Below, in pieces: positions 39,128 to 49,154 of a stretch of 49,154 bases of DNA. The stretch's first letter is position 1; each line of letters starts with the position of its first letter. Origin of the DNA: Octopus sinensis. Its lineage: Eukaryota. The notes under the pieces are model-generated. The model was not told the DNA's origin. It did no database searches and was given only the letters and a program-made list of their open reading frames with translations. Location of the stretch: positions 1 to 49,154 of the forward strand of contig NW_021831700.1 in assembly GCF_006345805.1 (NCBI RefSeq), given 5' to 3'. A program made the position numbers and the translations under genes.

Positions 39128-39654
39128 GGGTGGTGGGTACTGTTGTTGAAGGCGACGTCATCGAAGACCTTGCATCTTTAGTAGTGTCAGCGGCATTTCC
39201 TAATTGTATTGATCTTGTAATCGTTGATATAACTGTTATTCTTACTTCTCGCTTTCGTTTATGGTTATTTGTTGTTTTTTTTTTGTTCCTCTTGTTCAAG
39301 CTGTGTTGTTGTTGTTATTATTGTTGTTACTACCATAATTGTTGTTATTGCTATTACTATGCTACTTCGTGTCCTACGCAGCTAAACGGAACTCAACCTG
39401 ATGGTTATTTCTGACCTTGGACAACAGAACAGACTGTGTGCTCTTCCAAACCAAACAACCATCTTCTCCAGTTACAATCACTGCTATTGCGAGGGAAGAA
39501 GCATTCTCGTCTCTCCTGCACGACCGTGTTTAAAATATATACACACATGCACTCATCTATATGGATATATGCATATTTATTTACGTATATATATGCAGGA
39601 GTATACATATGAATATATATAAACATGTGTGTGTGTGTGTAAGTGTGACTATAT

Positions 39655-40190
<536 letters not shown>

Positions 40191-40264
40191 TATATATATA
40201 TATGTATGTATGTATACACATGTCTGTGTGTATATATATATGTATGTATCCGGTGTATGTATAT

Positions 40265-40686
40265 AGGCGCAGGAGTGGCTGTGTGGTAAGTAGCTTGCTT
40301 ACCAACCACATGGTTCCCGGTTCAGTCGCACTGTGTGGCACCTTGGGCAAGTGTCTTCTACTATAGCCCCAGGCCGACCAAAGCCTTGTGAGTGGATTTG
40401 GTAGACGGAAACTGAAAGAAGCCTGTCGTATATGTGTATATATATATATGTATGAGTGTGTGTGTTTGTGTGTCTGTGTTTGTCCCCCAAGCATTGCTTG
40501 ACAACCGATGCTGGTGTGTTTATGTCCCCGTCACTTAGCAGTTCGGCAAAACAGACCGATAGAATAAGTACTGGGCTTACAAAGAATAAGTGCCGGTGTC
40601 GAGTTGCTCGATTAAAGGCGGTGCTCCAGCATGGCCGCAGTCAAATGACTGAAACAAATAAAAGAGTAAAAGAGAGAGTAAAAGAG

Positions 40687-40689
<3 letters not shown>
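40265..40689 (+). mobile_element. SINE group A (second of a tandem pair)
   Basis: Shares variants and downstream flank with the 39706 copy. Confidence 0.92.
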
Positions 40690-40768
<79 letters not shown>

Positions 40769-41249
40769 CTGTATATACATGTCTGTGTATATATATATAT
40801 ATATATATGTATGTATCCGGTGTATGTCTATATATGTAGGTACTCACGCAAAGATACACAGATGCACATGTAGCTATATAGATTTAAGTAGGCATATAAA
40901 TATAAAAGCAAAAACATTCGTGCAAATATTTCACTTTTGTGCGTGATTTGTGTCTCTATCTCTATTACTAACTGTCTATCTATCTGCCCGTTTGTCATTC
41001 TTTCTTTCTTTCTTTCTTTCTTTCATTCTATCTTTCTTTCTATCTATATTTACATACAAAATTTAAAGGACTGACCACTAAAAGTGGATGGTCAACATGC
41101 TAGATATAGACGTCAAAATCGCTATTTTCCACAAAGAGTGTGTTCTCAAATAAAAAAAAAAAAAACTCAGCACAAACCAAAGCATTAAAAATAAGCAAGA
41201 CAAATGAAAATATACGAAATAAAAATGATTACCTATGTACCGATCAGTT

Positions 41250-41253
41250 TCTT

Positions 41254-41324
<71 letters not shown>

Positions 41325-41325
41325 C
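41250..41325. repeat. (TCTA)n
   Basis: Direct inspection. Confidence 0.95.
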
Positions 41326-41810
41326 TTTCTTTCTCTCTCGCTTTGTTTCTCTGTGTTAATAAATATGGCATTATAGATGTATAAATTCCTTTGGCTGCAT
41401 CATTAATGCAGCTACTGCTGCCACGGATGGTGCTTCGCCTTCTCTTAGTCCTGAAAGTAATAAAATCTTCCGTTCCATCTTTACGTGTTACATGTTAAAA
41501 TTTACAATAAAAAAATATCTAGCTATGAATTTAGATATATCAATCTTTACAATCTTGCACCGAGTTCTTTTTTGTTGATATTTGTTTTATTTCTGTCGTA
41601 ACACTAGGATGCATCTGCATCTCTCTACTTTGAATCTCCGTACTGCTATCTACAATTTCATAAAGCTGAGTTTCGCAGCAAACTTTAAATAGGACTTATC
41701 AACCGAACAAAATCAAAACGTGCAAAACTGCGCAAGAAGATTTTAGATTCTATAATATCCAAAGTTGAAATTAACCTGGTTTAGTCCTTTAGATGAATAT
41801 GTAGGAGGCT

Positions 41811-42200
41811 GTGGAGGCGCAATGGCCCAGTGGTTAGGGCAGCGGACTCGCGGTCGTAGAATCGCGGTTTCGATTCCCAGACCGGGCGTTGTGAGTGTTT
41901 ATTGAGCGAAAACATCTAAAGCCCCACGAGGCTCCGGCAGGGGATGGTGGTGATCCCTGCTGTACTCTTTCACCACAACTTTCTCTCACTCTTACTTCCT
42001 GTTTCTGTTGTACCTGTATTTCAAAGGGCCGGCCTTGTCACTCTCTGTGTCACGCTGAATATCCTCGAGAACTACGTTAAGGGTACACGTGTCTGTGGAG
42101 TGCTCAGCCACTTACACGTTAAGTTCACGAGCAGGCTGTTCCGTTGATTCGGATCAACCGGAACCCTCATCGTCGTAACCGACGGAGTGCTTCCATTCCC
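41811..42200 (+). mobile_element. SINE group B
   Basis: 12-bp TSD ATGTAGGAGGCT at 41799-41810 and 42201-42212. Confidence 0.94.
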
Positions 42201-42742
42201 ATGTAGGAGGCTATTAGGTGATTTGTATTGCGATTTGTATTGCATTCGAATAACTCAACCCGCAAAACACCAATAAGATTAGAAAGGCTTTACTTATACT
42301 GTTTAAGGGAAATAACTTTATAAACGCATTTGAAAATTCTTTATGCTTTAAATGTGAATATGATTCCTAGCAACTACTCATTTTATCCACAAATAAAATC
42401 TCCAGCCACCCTAAATCGAATATTTCGATATGGAGACAGTATTTAACATTTATTTATGCTCCTTGCTATAATGAAGCACGTAAGAAGAATGGTTTCAATG
42501 AAAACATTCTACATCACTTCGTTTGACATATTTGATGAAAAGTCTTGACCCTTTAGCACTCAGATTTCTTTGTCAAATCTACAGCTTATTTTTTCGCATT
42601 GTGTTGGATTGATCATGCGTTGTTTTGTATAACTGTAACCAACTTGGAGACATTACGAGAGTTACTTCCATTTAACAGAGACGTCTCTACATATATTTCT
42701 ACAATTACCTCCTTGGTTAATAAGCATTTCTTGACTCTCATA

Positions 42743-43134
42743 TCTTTATATATAAAAGAGAGGTTGTGTGTCTGTCTCCTACGATTTAGATTCCTAGATA
42801 CTCCCACATTTTGCGGTGCAGTTTAACCAAAACCGGGTATCTTATAGTTGTGATTCATATCGAGCCCTTCTGGGTATTAGCGCGTCTACGATGAGTCTAC
42901 GATTTAAAAAAAAAATTACCATCATTTTTTTCCATTTTAATGTATTTTTTCGCTATTATATAAGGGAAGTAACTCTCTAAAAATGTCTACGATGAGTCAA
43001 CGATTTAAAAAAATTTACCATTTTTTTTTCCCATTTTTAATGCATTTTTTGCTATTTTTTGGCTATAACTCTCTAAAAATGCTTATATAGTTATTTCCCT
43101 TACAAACCCGAGCAACGCTGGGCGATACTGCTAG
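42743..43134 (+). mobile_element. Helitron H1 (intermediate variant with internal duplication)
   Basis: A|TC ... cccgagcaacgctggg ... CTAG|T. Confidence 0.88.
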
Positions 43135-43318
43135 TTGTAAATATTATAAATTCATAAGATTAGATTCTGTTATTTTACTACATTCAGTTTAGTGCAGTAT
43201 GTAGCTTGCCACAGCTTAGCTAGATTAATTGCTGCTTCAAATAGTAATAATAGTATGAGCCATAAATGCACTGTCTATAACACTTATCTATTTAATTCGA
43301 ATTGTATAGCTTAATAAA

Positions 43319-43727
43319 TCTATAATATAAATTAAACATGGGCGATCGTTGTATTCGTTCTTGTCCTGAGGTTCACAGCCAAACGGCTGGGTGGATTTGT
43401 GTGAAAAATGGCACATATGTGGAGACAGGTGCATAGATTGGAATGCAGATTGTATTTTTCCCTAACCCCCATACTTACCGAGAAAATCGATTAAAATCTT
43501 TTGTAATAGAATTTTCCTCTTACTTCTGCCATTAAAACAACCAGTTGCTTAGAAGCTGTTTTCTGACGGGGTGGGGTCAGTAAATTTTCACATAGCTGGA
43601 GGCTCCAATCAAAACAGGGGACCCGAAATGATAAGGTTGACAAACGCTGTTATAGATTATGCCTAACCGAAAACGATCACAGCCACATCATCCAAACAGA
43701 CTGGGTGAAACCGGGCTTAGCTGCTAG
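43319..43727 (+). mobile_element. Non-autonomous Helitron, another family
   Basis: A|TCTATAATATAAA start; degenerate hairpin ctgggtgaaaccggg, then CTAG|T. Confidence 0.6.
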
Positions 43728-44235
43728 TATATATATAACTTCCAGTTAAAACCCAAACCGCTGTTATGCCTTGTATAGAATTTACTGCGAACATTTTAAA
43801 ATTAGGATACTAGCAGTATATTCATTCATTTAAAAATACACTGCACCACTTTGCGAATAGTTGTAGACCACAATATACTGCATGATCTGACATGGAATAT
43901 AATTACTTATCCTATATATTACAGATGCAACAAATCATTCTGCGACATTTATACTGTCGAAGCACGTTAAATATTACATGCAAAAGAACAATTGCTGGAT
44001 ATGAAGAATGAGACAATACTATCTTTGAAATATAGGCTTGGTATATTTGACTGCAGAAAGAATCATTGCAATTCTGCCATCACCCAATAATAATTTGATA
44101 AGAGAACTGTCATATCTATAATTGAAGTTTCTATACAATTACTTAATGATTGCTATGTGTTAGCATGGAAATAATATTAGTATGAATGTACGTTCTTTGT
44201 TGGAATGTGTGTATGCATGTATATTTGTATATATA

Positions 44236-45407
44236 CGAGGGGCGTTCAATAAGTAATGCCCCTGACCCACTTGCAGTTGTTTGATCTAGCTGAAATTTTG
44301 TATGTGCACTTATTTATACCTCTATAGATTAAGTGGCGAATTACAACTCTGAACTAATTGTGGTTTCTGATTTACAGGTGTTTGAACTGAGTCAAGTGTG
44401 AAATGGAGCCTGTTGAGTGTCGAGCAGTGATCTGGTTTTTGTATTTGAAAGGACGCACACCACGGGAGACTTTTGATGAAATGAAAGTAACTTATGGTGA
44501 TGATGCCCCATCATATGACCTTGTAAAACGCTGGCATTGTGAATTCAAACATAGTCGGAACTCTGTGGAAACAGCTCCCAGATCAGGTCGCCCCCTTCTA
44601 CCGTTGATGAGACGTCTGTCCGTCAAGTTGAGGCTGCCATTTTGGAAGGTCAACGCATAACTATTCGCCAAATAGCCCATGAGGTCAAGATTAGTACCGG
44701 GTCTGTGGAAACTATCATTCATGACCATTTGAATATGCAAAAGGTGTCTGCCAGATGGATTTCCAGGTTGCTCACACCTTTCCAGAAGGATGAATTTGGA
44801 GATGTGCCAAGAAGATGAGTCAAAATTTTTCAAAAGACTGATCACACAGGATAAAACCTGGGTCCATCACTATGATCCATAGATCAAATCCCAGTCAATG
44901 CAGTGAAAGCACCGTGACTCACCTCCTCCAAAGAAGGCAAGGGTGCAGCCCTCCGCTGACAAGGTTATGCTCACAGTCTTCTGGGACCAGGACGGAGTAG
45001 TGATGACAGATTTCCTGGCAAAGGGTACCACAATTACAGGAGCCTACTATGCTTCACTTTTGAGGAAATTAAGAGAAGCTATGAAAATCAAGAGGCGAGG
45101 CAAGATCAGCAAAGGCATCCTCCTCCTGCAGGACAACGCTCCGGTCCACAACTCGCGTGTCGCCAGATCAGAAGCACAGGCGTGCAGCTATGAACTCCTC
45201 CCCTTGCACCCCCTGATTTCCCCTCTTCCAAGCTATGAAGTTGATTTTGAAAGGAAAGCGTTTCCCAGATGATGCAGCCTTGATTTCTGAAGTCACGTCG
45301 TGGTTGGAGGACCAAGCTGGGGTCTTCTACAAAAACGGTCTCCAGAGCTGTATCAAACGATGGGAGAAATGCATAACTCTGGGTAGTTCCTATGTAGGAA
45401 AAGACTA
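44236..45407 (+). mobile_element. Mariner copy of the same family as 15019-16305, lacking the right TIR
   Basis: Left TIR after TA; transposase pseudogene from 44403 with deletions and a stop; homology ends at ...aaagacta. Confidence 0.93.
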
Positions 45408-45409
45408 CG

Positions 45410-45464
45410 GACGAACACGGAACGAACACGGAACGAACACGGAACGAACACGGGACGAACACGG
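45410..45464 (+). repeat. 5 x 11-bp tandem array (A/G)ACGAACACGG
   Basis: Direct inspection. Confidence 0.95.
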
Positions 45465-46112
45465 AACACAGACAAATCATTCGAAGCCTTCAATCTTCAG
45501 TCAGACACCGAATCATCATAGCAAATTTCGGCTGTTCAATTCTGATATTTGCTCCAACTCGGCCAGCCCCAAGAAAAAAACTAAGCTGTAAGCATTAGAT
45601 TTCTTGGTAGAAGACAGGAATGTGAACACACAAGACGGATGTAAATACAAGAGACGAAAACGAAATTGAAAACAGTAATGAATAAACAAAATATATATAA
45701 CGGTGGTTGTCATACGACTTTAGACCAAATGAGACAAAACAACAACAACATAGCAGCTGGCGTAGAAATAATTACCGTTTCGGTAGCGGGGACACATGTT
45801 GGTCAAGATACGATGGCCAACAGAATGGTTAAGAATCAGCAGGTCGCAGGAGAGAGAAAGAGAGACAGAGAGAGAGGGAATCAAAGAAGGTGGAAGGCAG
45901 GGGACAGAATCAGTGACCAAGAGAAAAGGAGAAAGAAGGATTAAGGAGGATGGGAGGAAGAGGGGGGAAGAATCGGAGGGCGCCAAAATAGTTTGGTGAA
46001 GAAGCAATGGCGGGTAGAAAAGACAGTGTGTATAGAAGTCGTGCAGGGTTTAAAATTGGACAAACAAACGGGGGGGGGGTGCACGTAACGCCGCAATAAT
46101 ATAAGAATGAAT

Positions 46113-46174
<62 letters not shown>

Positions 46175-46229
46175 AATATTAAATTTCTAAATATCTCATA
46201 GAGATATGTACGGTGGTGGAGCGATAGAT

Positions 46230-46426
46230 TGGTTGTATACTGTCAACTTAACGTGACAGTCCTGTAAGGGAATTACACCACCGCTGTTTAGCCCTTGGAA
46301 GCATCGATGCTTCCTGTCGGCCGAAATGTGTCAAGGCGACAGGAAGCGTCGATGCTTCCTAGGGCTAAACAGCGGTGATGTAATTCCCTTACAGGACTGT
46401 CACGTTAAGTTGACAGTATACAACCA
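46230..46426. repeat. Near-perfect palindrome: 90-bp arms, 17-nt loop, 3 mismatches, nested internal palindromes
   Basis: 46230-46319 against the reverse complement of 46337-46426. Confidence 0.95.
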
Positions 46427-46499
<73 letters not shown>

Positions 46500-46687
46500 T
46501 ATATTTGTTCATACATTGAGTATTTAACGTAAGCTCAAACACGATTTGTAGAGTTCAATACGATTCAATCAATTTCAAAACATTAAAAATCGTTTCGTGA
46601 AATGATTTCATAATTACAGAAATCCTTCATCTGACATTAAACAATTTATGTCGTTGTTGATATGTCTGATGAGGGAATTATGTTATT

Positions 46688-47100
46688 TCTCTCTTTTCTC
46701 TCTTTTTACATGTTTCAGTCATTTGACTGCGGCCATGCTGGTGCACCGCCTTTAATCGAGCAACTCGACCCCGGCACTTATTCTTTGTAAGCCCAGTACT
46801 TATTCTATTGGTCTCTTTTGCCGAACCGCTAAGTGACGGGGACATAAACACACCAGCATCGGTTGTCAAGCAATGCTAGGGGGACAAACACAGACACACA
46901 AACATACACGCACATACATATATATATACATATATTCGACGGGTTTCTTTCAGTTTCCGTCTACCAAATCCACTCACAAGGCTTTGGTCGGCCTGGGGCT
47001 ATAGTAGAAGACACTTGCCCAAGGTGCCACGCAGTGGGACTGAACCCGGAACCGTGTGGTTGGTAAACAAGCTACTTACCACACAGCCACTCCTGCACCT
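46688..47100 (-). mobile_element. SINE group A
   Basis: Homology to other group A copies. Confidence 0.92.
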
Positions 47101-47534
47101 TAATATGACATGATTTTTAGGTCTTCAAATTCATTTTATTATACGATATATATGAGCTGCATTCCAGATGTTTTTGTGACTTTTTTTTTTAGGAGGGACA
47201 GTCATATCTGTCCTGGATTATTGTAATTTTAGTATATCATCAGTATACATCTAATAAGCTGACTTGCCAACTTTTGTTATTTCAGATTGATGGAGACGGC
47301 TGTAACAACATTTGAATATATCCTATTAAACACCGTTTGTCACAGCTGACTAGTTTGAAGAATGCGGAGGAAACATCTGGAAGCTGGCTATGCAAGAAAG
47401 GTTTGGTTATCTAGGCAGAAAAACAAAAAAATACAGAAACTTATGAGGTACGCCAGACTGTTTCTTGATTAACTTCTATATCTTCGATTCTGTTTCCTGC
47501 TGACACAAGAGGCCAACCAAAGCAAGTTCACTAG

Positions 47535-47636
47535 GGAGCTCATGATGATCCTCTTTTTCGATACCAAGGACATCATCTATATTCACTGGGTTCCCTCTGG
47601 CCAGACGGCCAACAAAGAATACTTTGTGGAGACTTG
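47535..47636 (+). mobile_element. Small mariner transposase fragment from another family
   Basis: MMILFFDTKDIIYIHWVPSGQTANKEYFVET resembles the mariner (M..VF(F/W)D..G......P.G.T.N..YY) region. Confidence 0.6.
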
Positions 47637-48244
47637 TGTGCATCAATATAGCCAATTACTCTTTCTCCAATGGTATGTGCATCGTGATAGCATTTTGCTC
47701 TTTCTCCAATAATCATCGATGTTGTCATTATTATTGGTATTTGGTAATAGCATCAGTAGTAGTTCATCCTTCTTATTGCTGCTATTGTTGTTTTGTTTAG
47801 TATCAGTTCAGCTTTAAAAAGACAAACCTATCTCTCTATATCTACGACTAAAATGGCCAATATGCCCGCAATACCTTTTCCAACACGGTGAAATGCAACT
47901 ATATTTGGCTGATATTTCTAGCAGATCGAACAAGCACGGGGACATCCTCTCGTTATCCACCTGCAGATTCTGTTGACGGCTACGGTAGAAAGAGGCGTGG
48001 TGAACCAGCCGGAGTGCGACAACTTCTATTCCTCTAACCTTATTATCGATGGTATGCATCCGAACAGATTGTTTGTGCGTATTGGTGAGGAGAGATAATG
48101 TTTTTGGATATTATTATAGTAGGGCTCTTGCGAGTTGTACATGAGTTTGTGTGTCTGGAGATTTTTCCGATAGCGACTGGGGACGTCGTGCCTAAAGTTG
48201 GCTGCTACTCCCAAATATCCAGCTAACACTCCCTTTTAAGTATT

Positions 48245-48573
48245 TTTGTTTTCTTTAGTATTTTTTTTTTTTTTTGGTTCCTTCTCGAGCCATGCCTGGC
48301 TCATAAGGGCCGGTTTCCCGGTTTCTTGGCGTATAGGTTCCCCACATGGGCGGGACGCCGGTCCGTCGCAGGTGAGCAGCAAGATGTAGAAGGAAAGAGT
48401 GAGAGAAAGTTGTGACAAAAGAGTCAGCAGAAGCTCGCCATTACCTCCTGCCGGAGCCGCGTGGAGCTTAGGTGTTTCGCTCATAAACACACACATCGCC
48501 CGGTCTGAGATTCGAACCCGCGATCCCTCGACCGCGAGTCCGATGCTCTAACCACTAGGCCGTGTGCCTCCAC
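48245..48573 (-). mobile_element. SINE with a group B-like head and body and a third tail type
   Basis: Head gtggaggcacacggcctagtggttagagc; tail gaaaccgggaaaccggcccttatgagccaggcatggctcgagaaggaacc followed by an A-rich run. Confidence 0.82.
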
Positions 48574-48928
48574 TTCGTTCTGTTGGTTTTCATGTACAGT
48601 TTAGAGAACGAAAATTACGTTATTTCTTATTCGTAAATTATAATGATTTAATGTGAAAATTTTCAGCTCAAGTATCATCTACATACGTTTGTCAGCCGTT
48701 TGTTTCCTCTCTTTACCTACAAAGTCTTGCACGTATGAATGTTTCGGAAGTAATGTATTTATATCACTTCTATTACATTTGTCTTCTATATGTATTCGCG
48801 AAGTCTGATTGCTTTGTTGAGTGAAACGTTTTGCAAAATTTGACAAGGTGCTACTGATAAGGAGCGATGTCATGAATATAGTAGATGAAACCATATATAT
48901 GTGTGTGTGTATATATATATATATATTA

Positions 48929-49154
48929 TCTTTTACTTGTTTCAGTCATTTGACTGCGGTCATGCTGGAGCACCGCCTTAAGTCGAGCAAATCGACCCCG
49001 GGACTTATTCTTTGTAAGCCCAGTACTTATTCTATCGGTCTCTTTTTGCCGAACCGCTAAGTGACGGGGACGTAAACACAGCAGCATTGGTTGTCAAGCA
49101 ATGCTAGGGGGACAAACACAGACACACAAACACACACGCATACATATATATATA
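48929..49154 (-). mobile_element. SINE group A, cut by the window edge
   Basis: Homology to other group A copies. Confidence 0.9.

Noticed and set aside
37746-39299. Poly-His/poly-Met/poly-Ile ORFs, and similar HT/YI/CV-repeat ORFs elsewhere
   Set aside because: These are translations of di-, tri- and tetranucleotide microsatellites, open in several frames on both strands.
41811-41880. SINE heads as genuine tRNA genes
   Set aside because: They have A/B-box-like motifs only, no complete cloverleaf, and continue into SINE bodies with TSDs.
47820-48230. Complex-looking sequence with short ORFs as a host exon
   Set aside because: All frames are short or unrecognisable, and it contains a fragment (ttggctgatatttctagcagatcgaac) related to the 32311 repeat family.

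Overview
AT-rich, microsatellite-saturated eukaryotic DNA, most likely a non-genic (intergenic or intronic) stretch of an octopus genome. The taxon is inferred from recognising the tRNA-derived SINE families and was not verified. No host protein-coding gene can be called with confidence; most of the supplied ORFs are simple-repeat artefacts. The window is a mosaic of mobile elements: three groups of tRNA-headed SINEs (about 20 copies, several with clear target-site duplications), two decayed mariner (DD34D) copies plus two smaller Tc1/mariner relics, a 3 kb 5'-truncated Tx1/L1-clade LINE inside a (TAGA)n tract, an older Tx1 copy, an ORF1-only (gag/CCHC) half-LINE-like element, an internally deleted RTE LINE, and several non-autonomous Helitrons. 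Best leads: (1) a ~200-nt repeat carrying a minimal Penelope-type hammerhead ribozyme fold with a shared non-canonical core (CUGUNGA); (2) a ~486-bp repeat that looks circularly permuted between copies; (3) three long, near-identical inverted repeats, one built of nested palindromes; (4) possible microsatellite targeting by the Tx1 LINE; (5) the ORF1-only element.
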